Positions 12,691 to 25,010 of a stretch of 64,000 nt of DNA are shown piece by piece. The first letter of the stretch is position 1. Each line of letters opens with the position of its first letter. The notes under the pieces are model-generated. The model was not told the origin of the DNA, did not search any database, and was given only the letters and a program-made list of their open reading frames with translations. A program made the translations under genes and the position numbers. The stretch is from the NCBI RefSeq assembly GCF_964355755.1, contig NC_092673.1, forward strand, positions 9,424,001 through 9,488,000, read 5' to 3'. This DNA comes from Antedon mediterranea (taxonomy: Eukaryota; Animalia; Echinodermata).

Positions 12691-13729
12691 TATGCACTTC
12701 CTAAATTAGGATTACCATCAGAATTACTTTTTACTAATTATTGGTTTGGAAAAAAGAATATTTTTCAATATACTTATACCTACAAACCAGATGAACATTT
12801 TCAATCATCAAACTCCAGAGTTTTAAATATTATTATTATATTTTAAATATTTATACAAAATATATAGCGGGTTTAAAAAATGATAAGTAGTATCAATAAA
12901 ACATTATATTACTTCTGAGACTTTTGAAAGTAATTATTAAATTAAAAATATTAATAATTAAAATGATTCTAATGATTGTCGGTATAAACAAACAAAATAG
13001 ATTTTATTTTATAAACCCCGGTGTTGCTAGGTTGGTGCGAAAGGGATATCTCCGGAGTTTCTCAACGTTTTGAATTATCATAAACCCCGGGGTGTCTCAG
13101 GAGATCACTCCAGAGTTTTGGTGTGAAAGGGATATTATTTGGCTGGAAATGACTCTTCTCAGAATAGCGCACTCACAATTGGTAAAACGATCATAGCATA
13201 TTTTTTCTGCTGGTAAACACATGCTATAGAATAACATAATTTGTGTTCAACGTCAAGGGATTCTTCTGCTAAGGCCTGAATAACATCGCTGTGAGTGTAA
13301 CATCATTTGGGCTGGACCTGTTTCTATTGAATGTTCATTGTAAAAGTTCCCACTGCTGGTACATCAAAGTTTGCAGTTTTTCAGTCAAGCTACATACTGT
13401 ACTCTTTTGCAAACTATATCTGGTAAAAAACTGTAGATTTAAAATGTAATCAGTTTTGTAGATCAGTTTTGTAGATTCTACAAAACTGAGAACATTTCAC
13501 ATCTTAGATTAGTGTGTAATTGATAAAAAGTTTTAGCTCCTCTTTATCACATCCCTTTTATCACATCCCTTTTACTTGTACTAGAGCTACCCGGGTTAAT
13601 TTTAAGATGTTTATACTGACCTAAAATTTAATATTTCACATTTCTGGTTACACAATTCCGGATCAACTCTGCATTTTGTTGACGGTGTATGATTAATAAA
13701 TTAAAATATAATGTGATTGTTTTCTTCAG

Positions 13730-14975
13730 ATTCTTCTTTGGAGCCAAGTATCCATCCAGTGTCCTCACATGATGCATTGGATGTCATATCATCTGGTTGT
13801 GTGGAAGATCAAGATGGTCACCAGATAACATCTGTAGATCATGCAGCCAATGTATTACCACAAACCAAGGTATGTTCTTCAGAGAACGACAAGAATAGGA
13901 AAACTAGAGAAGATGATCAGCAAGCTATCAGTTCAGAGTTAGCTAGTGGTGAAACTAGGAAAAGTGATGTTAGGAATTTAGGAGAAGAAGGTGGCAGCAT
14001 GGTAATTAATAAGTATATTCAAAATAATGGTAATGATTCACTATTACAGCCAAAGTTGCATGAAAGCATATCAAATGATTACTCCAGAAACAATGGTGAA
14101 ACCATGTCAACCTCAAGCATTTCAACACAGTCTGTAGATAACAAGTCTGCAAAAAAGGATAAGAAAAAGAGAAGCTGTCTGTCATTAAATTGTAAAAGTT
14201 CTACAACCAACTCAAGTAGTCCTGAGAACAGTAGTTACCAGAAAAACAACCTTAAAAGTCGGGATCATACTATAGTTGATTCCGATGCCACATCTGCTAT
14301 AGTAGAGCCAACACATGAAGTTTTAGATGTTGGCTCCTTTGACAATTTTACTTCACCTTTGACCAATTATAGCACACCATCAAAATTAATACAGAAAGCA
14401 CAAGATAGAGAAGTTGGTGACCTTGTCTGTGGTGTTGGTTCTTTTTCAAGCTACACTACTCCTTCAAAGATGATGGCGAAACTATTACTTGATGCTGAAG
14501 ACAGTATTATCAGTAAAACACCATCAGTGCTATTGAGAAAGAGAACTGATCGGGAGAAGAATGAAAGTATTGCAGGAGTTGGATCCTTTCAAAGTTTCAC
14601 ATCACCTTCAGTGTTGATTGAAACTAATCCAGAGGAAAATAGTGATGCCAAAACTGAAATTTCATCTATGGAAATGGTATTCAAAGCTTCTCTTTCGAAT
14701 TTTGTAACACCTATATCAGATTATGCAGACAGACTGATAGATCCTGATCAAGTTTTGAAAAAACCATATAATAAAAAACTTTGTACCAACAGTTCTGATG
14801 AAGATGAGTGGGTCATTATTGAGGAATGTTACAGTCCTTTAATAAAATTTCCTCCCATGGAAGAAAAAAATCCTACAAGATCTACAAATACTGAGAACAG
14901 TGTTAGTGAACAACCAGGATTGTCCTTCAGTGTCCCAGCAGCAAGTCTAATTGCTAGGCATCTTGACGAGAGTAT
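13730..14975 (+). CDS. Host gene large exon 2, 5' part (Ser/Thr/Asn-rich low-complexity region)
   Basis: tttcttcAG acceptor at 13728-13729 and a 1.25-kb open frame in AT-rich DNA. The frame runs into a MITE at 14976 and stops at 15016-15018. Confidence 0.85.
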
Positions 14976-15902
14976 CGCCCGTATTCTTAAACCGGACTTT
15001 AGTCGTAGTTCGAGCTAAAACTAAAAAAATGACGTCATTTTAATTCATAAACCGAACTTCAACTAAATCACCGACTAAATCAGGCCAACCTCGACTAAAT
15101 CGAGACGGATTTTGATCGATTTTTTTAGTCCTGGAGGGGGCAGACTAAATGGTCGACTAAATGGTTTTTAAACGATGTTTATAAAAAACGTAACAGTCAT
15201 TGAGTTGTTATATTGGCCAGATATTGAAGAATGAAATATCTATATTTATATTAGCTTAATTAAATATACATTGGTATAAATTATAATAATGAAAATCATC
15301 TTTATTTACAACTGTATACAAATTACATTATTTTCTTCGCGCAAGTCCGACTTGAGCTACGTCACGCCATAGCGACAATGGGAGATGCGGCAATTCACCA
15401 CGCGATGGAATGTTTAGGGGGCCTAGCGCTTTCTTGTCACGCTATGAAGTGCGTGGTTCGTGGCGATCATACTTTGTTGGGGTCCTAGAAAATATAAAAG
15501 TTACCGTACCGCCATGGTTCCTAAATATATTTTTAAGATTTTATTTGTTGTTAATCAAATATACTTCACTGTTAAATTAATACTGATATTGTTCTAATAA
15601 TTAACGATTAAAATTATTTTTCATGTATATAGTCCTGATGCGTAAAAAGTGTTGTAAGAAATGGAAAGTGATATCAATGCGCAAAATTTCGTCTGCTCCT
15701 CAAATACTCTCTTGTCATTGGCCAATGTATAGCCTTTGTTACCCAGACGTGTGCAACTCGACTAAAAGCTCGACTTCATTAAGTCGAACTGCAAACTTCG
15801 ACTACTTCGTTTTTGAATCGAATTTGAAGTAATAGCTCGAACTACGACTTTTCCAAGTCGAACTTCGAACTACGACTAAAGTCCGGTTTAAGAATACGGG
15901 CG
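14976..15902 (+). mobile_element. Young Harbinger-type MITE (copy 1) inside coding exon 2
   Basis: TIR CGCCCGTATTCTTAAACCGGACTTTAGTCGTAGTTCGA at both ends; near-identical to 26237-27135. Confidence 0.92.
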
Positions 15903-15905
15903 TTA

Positions 15906-15984
15906 GAGTGCACCAGAGGCTTGTATTCTACGGGATCTGGAAACTACAGTATTAAATGAGAATATTAGCATACAAACTAGTCAG
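15906..15984 (+). CDS. Host gene exon 2, 3' part (SAPEACILRDLETTVLNENISIQTSQ)
   Basis: Open frame continuing exon 2 once the MITE and 3 bp are removed; CAG|GTAAAT donor, phase 0, matching the exon at 18404. Confidence 0.75.
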
Positions 15985-16053
15985 GTAAATTTTAGAAAAT
16001 GGTTCAGCCATATTGTAAAATTATCTTTTTATAGTCATTTTTGTATTAATATT

Positions 16054-16270
16054 TACTCTAGTAGACTACATTAGATAAACTTTCGTGTGCACTTTGAGGT
16101 CCAGAGAATTTGACTTCATAGATTGGTTTAGGGTGGTCAATCAATCATTTTTGGCTTGGTTACACATTTTAAAATGTGATGAAAGATATAAATAAGGCCT
16201 TAAAATGTCGACAACCACTGGTCACAGCGAGGTAATTTTGGTATCAAATTGATCAGAAGGTGTACATTCA
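16054..16270. mobile_element. Terminal fragment of a DNA transposon family, also present inverted at about 21680-21932
   Basis: TACTCTAGTAG...CTTTCGTGTGCACTTTGAGGTCCAGAGAATTTGACTTC is homologous to the reverse complement of 21875-21932. Confidence 0.55.
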
Positions 16271-16887
16271 TTACGATATTGAAAACGTATTAGCTAGTAC
16301 AAATCTGTTTCGCATGGTTACGAAATATTGAGTGTGCCGTCCAAAATATGACTGCGGTAAATTTGAACGAAGCGCAGGTATATGTTGCTTGGCTGCCTAG
16401 GCCTAGCGTACAGGTAACATCAAAACGAGAGTGGACTTTAAAAACTGCTATTTATCAAAATTGACCTGGCATTTTCAGTAAATTATTTTTCGTAAATTAC
16501 TTTCAATAAATCTTTAATTATATTACATTAAAGGTAATAATAATAAAGTATAGTATTGATATTATTTTATTTATTATGATTATAAATGATGATTTATTAC
16601 TTTACAAAACACATTTTTAGATCTTTGTATCATATTTTTACACAGGTTTCCAAGACATCTCAACAATAGTTCCTAAGTGAATTTAGTATCCCCGTACACA
16701 GTATGAATCAACAAAAAACAACGGATTAACACATCTGTTCTCTTTAATTGTAAACGATCTTATATTCCTTTAATCATCTACCGGATAATCATCAGTTCCT
16801 TGTTAATGGTTAACCACGGTTTAATTCTAAATAACAAAAAAAAAAAACAAAAAAAAAACAGGCCAGCAACCCAAGGTCACAGTGCAT

Positions 16888-18068
16888 ATCGGCCGCCAGT
16901 CATTTCGGCCGCCGGTTATGGAACGCCTAAAATCATGAAACGCCAAAAAGGACAAAATATAAAATGGTGTATACATGTGCCTATCGCCTGAATAGACGTG
17001 CGTATTCAAACAGCAAGCAGCAATCAACAAAAACGATCATACTTTTTGATTTTTGTATAGAGTTGCGCTATTTTACTGTCATTCGCCGGCTTCTTCCTGA
17101 CTGAGCCCTACAACCTCTCAGCCCCCCCCCCCCCACAACAACCACTGTGAAATAAAATAATTATTATCCATACATTATTCTCACATCTATCAAAGATTCA
17201 TTGTACATCATAAACTGTAGGGCTGGTAGATTGATTTATAACGAAATTTTATCTATATATTTTATTATTATCCTAAACCATGCTCACGTCAGAGTGGCGG
17301 ATATCGAATGCAAAAATCATCATCATGCATCAAATTCCTTTATTGCATAAACCTCATTGACCTGGTATCCACTTGCAGGTATAGAACGAGTTTCGTAATT
17401 AACTGTGATTAAAAAATACGCAATAGGCGCGTCTACTTGTTTAACTATTAAATTATTATTTATTTTCAAAACCTTAAACAACGGCATGCTAAAAGAACAC
17501 ATTACAATTCATTAAAACCTGTAAGATAAAATGGAAACACAAATTATTTATAAATAATGAGATAAATATTTATATTTACTGTACTTAAAAAATAACGATC
17601 GAGGTTTAAAAAAATGTCAAACAGTATTATTAGAAATTCCAATATTCATAATTAACTAAAAACATAATGACCGTTTTCATTAAAAATGTATCTAATGTGC
17701 CATATACAAATTAGCGCGACCAAAATAAAACGTAACCGATATCAAACGTAACTAATAGGATAAAAATCGTATCTAGCGGCGCTCCATACAAAATACCGGA
17801 TGTTTATTTTATCGCGACCGATTTCAAACGCGATCGATTTCAAGCGCGACCGATTTCATCTGACACCATTTACACACGTCTATTCAGGCGATAGGCACAT
17901 GTATACACCCTTTTTGACAAGTAAGTAAGTAACAATACGTTATTAACAATATTGACGATTCTGGCGGCCCGAAATGAACAATACATATTTTGTCTTTTTT
18001 GGCGTTTCATGATTTTGGGCGTTCCATAACCGGCGGCCGTAATGACTGGCGGCCGAAATGATCAGACA
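16888..18068. mobile_element. Nested non-autonomous TIR elements
   Basis: Outer inverted repeat 16888-16960 against about 17985-18060 (CGGCCGCCAGTCATT...GGAACGCC). Inner 40-bp inverted repeat GGTGTATACATGTGCCTATCGCCTGAATAGACGTG at 16966 against 17874-17909. No clear TSD. Confidence 0.65.
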
Positions 18069-18207
18069 CCAAACCCAATAACACATGTCTCCCTGACCTC
18101 TCCCAATTGACCTCTCTCAATTTTTGTTATAGAGGGCCTGATTTTCTAACTTTAGAGGGTCTGTGTTTAAATTTATTTCATAGATAGGCTGGAGTTAATT
18201 CATTGTA

Positions 18208-18300
18208 AGAGTGCGTGGCGCAGTGTGTTGGACTCTCGACTACTGATCGTGAGATTGAGGTTCGAATCCAACTCTCGCCGCATTGCATGTATCCTTGAAT
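18208..18300 (+). mobile_element. tRNA-derived SINE head
   Basis: A box TGGCGCAGTG and B box GGTTCGAATCC; no intact cloverleaf. Confidence 0.55.
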
Positions 18301-18403
18301 TATGAAATTTTATTTTCACGAGGGATTCCCCTCATGAAAATAGAATTTCATATTTCACCAAATGAATTATTTGTACCATATACTACTATTACATTTTTTA
18401 AAG

Positions 18404-18550
18404 GAAGAATTAGAAAATGCTACCGAATCCTTAGAAGAGATGAAAGCGAAGTTGTCAGTTGTTCACAATCAAGCTGAATTAGAAAATATGGAACATAACT
18501 GGTGTTTCAAGCAACTTGCAGACCAATCATCTCTATCACTCACACTAGAT
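18404..18550 (+). CDS. Host gene exon (EELENATESLEEMKAKL...SLTLD), coiled coil
   Basis: ttttaaAG acceptor, GTAAGC donor, 147 bp, phase 0/0. Confidence 0.85.
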
Positions 18551-20507
18551 GTAAGCTAATTTTTATTGAAAATGTTTATCTAATTGATATTGGGGATAAC
18601 ACGATCTTTTTTTACTTTCGCTATTCTTTCCACAATTTTTTTTGGCAGCCTATCTCAAATTTTTGTGAACAGAAAATTGTATAACTTTTAAGTGTAGGTG
18701 TGCAGAAAACTGATTTTATAATGATTGCATAGCGTAACTATACATGATTTTATGAAAAAAAACCCAAATAAAAAATAAAACTTAATAAAATTATTCATAT
18801 CAACGGTCAACTTTATAAGGCAAAAATGGCATGTTGCACAAAAAATGTGTGTTTAAAAGTTTGCAGTGCGAAAAATAAAAGTCTAAGCTTATTGCACGTT
18901 TCAGGTCATTTTGAGCATTTAAAAAATTCACAATTTATTTGCATTACAATTACATGCACATTTTTCGCGTACTGTAATGTACAAAGACCCTTTATGTTCA
19001 TTTTCATAAACTTTATATGCAACATAACACACATACACATCAAACTTAATGCTTGAAAATAGGCAATTTAATGAAAATTTGTGTATAAATATGCCTTTAT
19101 TGAATCTATTTCTCGATCAACAGTGACCCCTAATTTTATTATTATGGAAGCTGATATGAATTCATGTAAAATAGTGGTCGATCGGATTGTGACATCATCA
19201 CATATAGCCACCGGAATTGAAAAAAAATATGATTGTTTTTTTTTCATAGATCAACACATTCAACAGAGAGCATCTTGCTCATCCATGCCCTATTTCCCCC
19301 TAAATTTGAATTTTCAAAGGTCACAAAATGTTTCAACAATGTTTATAAAGTGTAAATATAAACATATATATTTTGACTAATTTGACACCAAATACTACTA
19401 CTACAAGACATTATCAATTTTCAAAAATTTGTGGCCATCTTTTTTAACGTCAAATTTTTAACTTTTGCGGTAGTCCGATTTGAGTAAACTTTTTATATAT
19501 GTTTTTTGAGACCATATTTTATTGAATACATCAAAAAACATTTTCTTGCAATTTTTTTTGAGTAATGAAACAGTTTAATGACTCGAATATTGTGTGTATT
19601 TTTAATCTTATCTGAAAATGTATTATATGCTGTATATGCTCCAATAAGGAGAAACATATTGTTCATATAGAGTAAATTGAAGTTGAAGTCCCCAGATACA
19701 TCTAAAGGGGTCGGGAAACACACGGTCAGTCTGTGGTTCTTTTTTGGCCAGCCTGTGGTCCGAGGGCGCTAGACATTTGGCCAGCCTGTGGTCCCGAAGG
19801 CGCTAGCATGAAATACATGGCCAATCTGTGGTTCTTCTTTTGGCCAGCCTGTGGTCCGAGGGCGCTAGACATATCGGCCAGCTCGTGGTCCCGAGGGCGC
19901 TAGAGATAACTTTTCCATGCTTTTCTAAAGTGAAAGCTTACGTTAGAACATTATTATATGTAATAATTCGAAGTTTATTAAAATTGTTTGCCTATATTCT
20001 TAATAATTGATTGTTCATTCTTCTAGAGTAAAAGCTAACGTACAACATTTTATGTCAATTCAACGTTTATTACAATGGTTTGCATATATTCTTATAATTG
20101 ATTATTTATTCTTCTAGAGTAAAAGCTAACTTTAGAGCATATTTCAATTCAACAATTATTAGAATGATTTGCATATATTCTTAGTAATTGATTGTTCATT
20201 CTTCTAGAGTAAAAGCTAACTTAAACTATAAAGAAGGAAATTAAGTTTAAAATGAATTAATAAATTGTGTTTGTGTTCTTGGCTGCTATATCATACCACG
20301 TTAGATTTACTTCAAAATAATTGCTTGTTTGTACGTGCTGTTCCGTTTAAACTACAAACTGGATGTATACATCTCTAAACTATAACCAAAGATGACAATT
20401 CAAGTATTACATTTTTAATGACGCAAAAACAAAATGTCAATAAAACTGAACTGAAGTAATTACTAATAAATGTTTATAGAGGATATTTTTATGATTTTAG
20501 ATTGCTG

Positions 20508-21289
20508 GGTTGGCATTTATCAATATTTGCTTATATTTTTGCTTAAGCTGAAATATTTAAGAAGTGCTTAAAGCAAATAACTTAATCTTATTTATCAAAC
20601 CGTCTTAGCAATGTCTTAGCAGAAAAATTGTCTTAGGTAAATTTTACTTTGCACATGCGCAAAATTAAACTCTAGAGGGCAGCAAATTATGTCTTAAGAC
20701 GAAAAATTCTTGCTTACGCATGCGTATTAGCTTTTTATCATTTTATCTCCGTATTTTCACTCCCAACAAGAGAGCTACTATTGTTTTTATTACTTGAAAT
20801 AGAGAAAGAGCACAACAGTCGGAAATACATACGAAAATCATTCGCTCTAAACTTAAATCAAATCAACATTTATTTATTTTTATCAATGACAGCGACCCTT
20901 GGCAGCCGATACAGTTTTCTAAAAGCTAGTCAATTGGGTCGTACCTATCCCGAAAATATTAGTTTTGCTCGTCCAATTTCTAGGCAATCTTTATGAAGAT
21001 CGATATCATTATTTTAGCGTCCGTAGTACAGCGTAAAACGCACTAGCATAGCCTTTCCGAATGTTCAATGTTCCGGCCTAGCGCGCTCGCGTTGCCAAAA
21101 AAGAATGTTTCTGTTGCAGAAATGAGATAAGACGAAATTTTTCATCTTAAGGCAGGGTGTTGTTCCTCTTAGATTTAAGACAAAATTAAGCAAATTTTTT
21201 TGCTTAGATATATTAATAAATCTGACTTCAAGGATTTAAGGCAAAGTTAAGACGATTTTTTTGCTAAGCAAGTTTGATAAATCCGGCCC
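20508..21289. mobile_element. Harbinger-like MITE nested in the hAT element
   Basis: Degenerate TIRs GGTTGGCATTTATCAA / TTGATAAATCCGGCCC with CTG and CAG flanks; many CTTAAG motifs. Confidence 0.55.
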
Positions 21290-21291
21290 CA

Positions 21292-21932
21292 GTTCCCTAT
21301 GTATTTTCGTGTGCAAATCATGAGGAAAGTAAGTAAATATTTGAAGCATGCTGGTTATAAAAACCCATGTTGCCAAATTTATAAATTTATGTATACCTTC
21401 TGAACATTTTGAGACCAAAATTTACTCGCTGTGACCAGTGGTTGCCGAGATACAAATACCTATTTGTGTTTATTCATATAACCCCTGGCCTTGACCTTTT
21501 GACCTTTTGTAACATTTTTCAAAATGTGTAACAAATAACAAAACATATATTTCGAACAATTTAAAACCAAATTCAAGTGTCTACGACCAGTAGTTACGGA
21601 GATACATACATGCCCTGGGTTGTGGGTCAAAGGTCATAAATGGCATTTCCGGTCATTTTTTACTAAAATGTCCCATTAGACTGAATATAAATGTATACCT
21701 TCTGATTAATTTAAGACCAAAATTACCTCGTTGTGACCAGTGGTTGTTGAGATTTAAGGACATATTTATGTTTGGTCTTATGACCTTTCACCTTGACCTT
21801 TTGACCTTTTGCCACATTTTCAAAATGTGTAACCAAGCCAAATGTGATTGTTTGACCACCCTAAACCAATTTCTGAAGTCAAATTCTCTGGACCTCAAAG
21901 TGCATACGAAAGTTGATCTAGCTACTAGAGTA
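21292..21932. mobile_element. Academ-related non-autonomous fragment
   Basis: Begins with CCCTATGTATTTTCGTGTGCA...GCATGCTGGTTATAAAAACCCATGTTG, homologous to the arm of the 3900 element. Confidence 0.55.
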
Positions 21933-24827
21933 TGCCTATAAAAGCTAACGATTTATAATTGTTATTGAAACATTGATACTATCGTTATTTAACAAAAAAT
22001 ATCATAAGTCCATAAACTGATGCCAATTTTGGATGGGATTGCCGGGCGACATAAAACTGTGTTAATAAACGTTGGGTAGCGCCCTCTATAGTTTTGAAGA
22101 AAAAGTGCGTGCTACTGAAAATTTCTAGCGCCCTCGGGACCACAGTCTGGCCAAAAGTCTAGCACCCTCTGACCACAGGCTGGCCAAAAAAGAACCACAG
22201 ACTGGCCGTGTGTTTCACGACCCCTGCTCAGATAGCATTTCTTGTCTCTTCTGTTACTTTTGATAAATACATCTGTGTCCGTCCTATGTGCTCGGTACAC
22301 ATTTCCAACAATTATATTTTTAGAGTCAGGATTAATGATTTCCACAAATATCGATTCAGAATGATCGTTAATATTTAAGTTATTTTTAATTAAATTCAGA
22401 TATGTTCGGTAAAATAGAATTATGAATATACAAAGCCACTCCGCCACTTCTTCTGTCACGACGTGGGTGTTATTGTTCCTCATGTATGAAAATAGGGGTT
22501 CCGTAGGATTTTAATGCCCAAAGTGAGATTTCACTTGGTTTACTTTATTATGGTGCTAGGATACCAAAAATGCTAGGTAACAAATTTAACCATGGTAACA
22601 GCCCCAAGTTTAAAATGGGGACCAAATGGCCATATCTCTATAACCCTTTGGTCTATTGACAAGATATTAGTATCAAAATACTCAGAATATATATAGGTAT
22701 TTACAGCTAGTATTGTAGTCGGTATTTGACATATTTAGGTTGTCATGGTGGATAGCAGAGTTGATAACGTCTTCATACAAAAACGGGATAAGTTTTAAGT
22801 TTAACATTTTATTGTAGTTAATTGTGTTAACAATACAAAGCAAATTTAAATTCATTGTCATCTAGATAATGGTTAAAAGGTAATATCTCTCCAGTACAAT
22901 TGAAGCAAAACCAGTTTTCTTTTATCAAGGTTCGGATAAATACATCTATTATGATACTGTAAATTATAGAACAGTACTCATATTTGGAACATGATCTCAT
23001 AATCGCGTCGAGCATAGCTCATTGGCGAAAGTTCCGTATCTATTATGATAAACATTTTACTCAGTGAACAGAGAGTTTTGGGTTGCTTGTGATGAAAATT
23101 ATGTAATTAGTTTTTTTAACGTTGATTGATATAGTTTATTGCACATGAACCAATCCGAAACATTTTTTAGTTCAGCATTAACTAGCTCTATGAGCATATC
23201 CAAGTTTTCGTGAGATGCAGAAATGTTTGTCGTCAGCAAATAAAACAATTAAATATATCGTTAATGTACAAAATAAAAAGTAGAGGCCCAAGAATTGAAC
23301 CCTATGGTACACTGCAATTTATATCCATTAAACACGAACTTGTGTTATCAATAGACGTAAATTGTTTCCTTCCACTAATATAGTTTCTAAACCATTTAAG
23401 TGCCGTACCTCTTATGCCATAGTGTTCCAATTTTTTTAGAAGAATATCATGGTTGATGGTGTCAAAAGCCTTTGACAAATCAACAAATATTCCGATAGTT
23501 TTTTTTTATTCGTTCAACCAGATCTATAACGGCCATAAAAGTAGAACTGTTTTTTCTGAAACCATATTGTGCATTGTTGAGGATGTTAAACTTTGTGATA
23601 TAATTATTTACTCTTATTTGAACAATTTTTTCATGGATTTTTTAAGCGGTAGGCAGAATAGAGATTGGCCTATTATTACTGACGCCCGATTTAAAAATTG
23701 GAACTACTCTAGCTACTTTCATATTATCAGGTACCATGCATGCCTGTCTCAAGAGAGAGGTTAAAGATATCTACAACAGGAGATGCCACAGCAGCAATAA
23801 TATGTTTTAGAATGTGATCAACACCTTCTGAATTTGAATTTTTGATTTGACTTACTATTTCATTGACCTCCTCTTTATTCGTAGGATTGAAGAATATGGA
23901 TTGGGATTGACTCTCTTTCATTATTGTTTAAAGTCAGAATTGTTTACATTTGGTTTGTTTGCTAATTCATTTCCAATGTTAGAAAAGAAATCATTAAAAG
24001 CGTCGGTTATAATTATAAATATAATGTTAGATTCAACCATCTTCAATTAAAATAAAAAGGAAAGGAGGTTTTCATAACATTGTTACAGCATAATTTTCTA
24101 TTTATTCTCCATATTGACTCCATCAACCATCAGCTTTATTTTGGTTTCAGTAATTTTAATTTTTGCTTGCTTTCCGTTTAAGCAAACAGTTGATTTCGGT
24201 CAGGCGTTTCCTTTCTTCTTGCATCATGATGGGTAGATGAGAGGCGATTCCAATCTTCTTGTTATTAATAGTAATAAGTTTTTCTCTCGGGCATGTCAGT
24301 ACTAAGTTACGATCAGCCATTTTAACAAATTTAGCGATAATGGGCTGATAGTTAACTTTTATTAAGTGTCAATTAAAAATGACTTCGTTTTTAATCTATG
24401 ATCAATCATTGAAATTCATAAAATCATGCATAAGTCATGTTGCACAACTCTGACATCGTTGAATGTCCATATGTTTACAAAGTTTATGAAATGTATGTTT
24501 ACATGAGACACGCGAGACACAAAAAAATGAGGGAGAAAGAAAGAAGAACTAGGTTTGAACTTGTCATTTTGACGAGTTAGTTATCCTCACACAACAACCG
24601 CCATGCACGCATACATTTGAAACTGACCATAGAAAAAGATTATGCTATTATGAAAAGAGATCAAGAACTTAATATGATGTTAGTGCTGAATTCTGTCTAT
24701 TTTGTGCCATATTTAGGCACAAAACATTTATTTAGGCCGCGCAATAAGAAGCTAATTAGCTAATTCAGATCAAGAATACAAGAATTAATCCTACTCCTTT
24801 AAACACTGGTATTATTCATTTTTACAG

Positions 24828-25010
24828 CAGGAAAACATTCTCCTGCATATATTTCATGAATTGGAAATTATGGACGGAGGACCAGATGGCTTTGTTAAAG
24901 ACCATGTGTTTTTCCAGAAGGTTATTCTGTTCATTTGGAACCAAAGAAATGAGCTCAAAGACAAAATTGCTGAGTTACAACAGAAAAAGGAAAATTTAGA
25001 TGAAAAGCAG
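24828..25010 (+). CDS. Host gene exon (QENILLHIFHELEIMDGG...ENLDEKQ)
   Basis: tttttaCAGCAG tandem acceptor, CAG|GTAGTA donor, phase 0/0. Confidence 0.85.

Larger units (their letters stand above)
10541..12805 (-). mobile_element. Penelope-like retrotransposon (RT plus GIY-YIG), 5'-truncated, with an inverted pLTR fragment
   Basis: KGLNF, AMGSPVSP, RYVDD and YIGETGR motifs; 14-bp TSD CATCAAACTCCAGA (10527-10540 and 12806-12819); 44-bp inverted repeat at 10541-10584 and about 12728-12772. Confidence 0.95.
10409..13134. mobile_element. Harbinger-like MITE (CCCTTTCACAC... TIRs) split by a Penelope insertion
   Basis: ACCCTTTCACAC at 10411 and GTGTGAAAGGG at 13121-13131; a homologous uninterrupted copy lies at 34101-34640 in opposite orientation. 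Confidence 0.7.
19699..22226. mobile_element. Non-autonomous hAT element inserted in the LINE endonuclease domain
   Basis: GGGGTCGGGAAACACACGG / CCGTGTGTTTCACGACCCCTG ends; 8-bp TSD CCCAGATA / CTCAGATA; subterminal GGCCAGCCTGTGGTCCGAGGGCGCTAG repeats and roughly 90-bp tandem repeats at 19920-20225. Confidence 0.75.
19640..24350 (-). mobile_element. Degenerate, fragmented CR1/L2-group (Crack/Daphne-like) LINE sequence
   Basis: RT motifs DLSKAFDTINH, GSILGPLLFILYINDI and FADD (about 23080-24190); APE endonuclease ESIFVEI..IIVGNVYR..KKCYL at 22230-22400, continuing as GDFNFNLL at 19640-19698; ORF1-like PIIAKF at about 24330. Confidence 0.8.

Noticed and set aside
13717-15018. Stand-alone 433-aa single-exon gene
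   Set aside because: It starts at a TTG inside a splice acceptor and ends within a MITE TIR, so it is an internal exon.
15623-15832. Duplicated 69-aa gene (also 26279-26488)
   Set aside because: It is an incidental ORF inside two copies of a non-coding MITE.
18208-18290. Functional tRNA gene (also 48820-48900)
   Set aside because: A and B boxes are present, but the acceptor and anticodon stems do not pair convincingly; these are SINE heads or pseudogenes.
16054-21932. Single Pack-type transposon capturing the exon at 18404
   Set aside because: The two inverted ends are clearly diverged and have no TSD, and the right end is nested within a separate hAT insertion. They are independent fragments.
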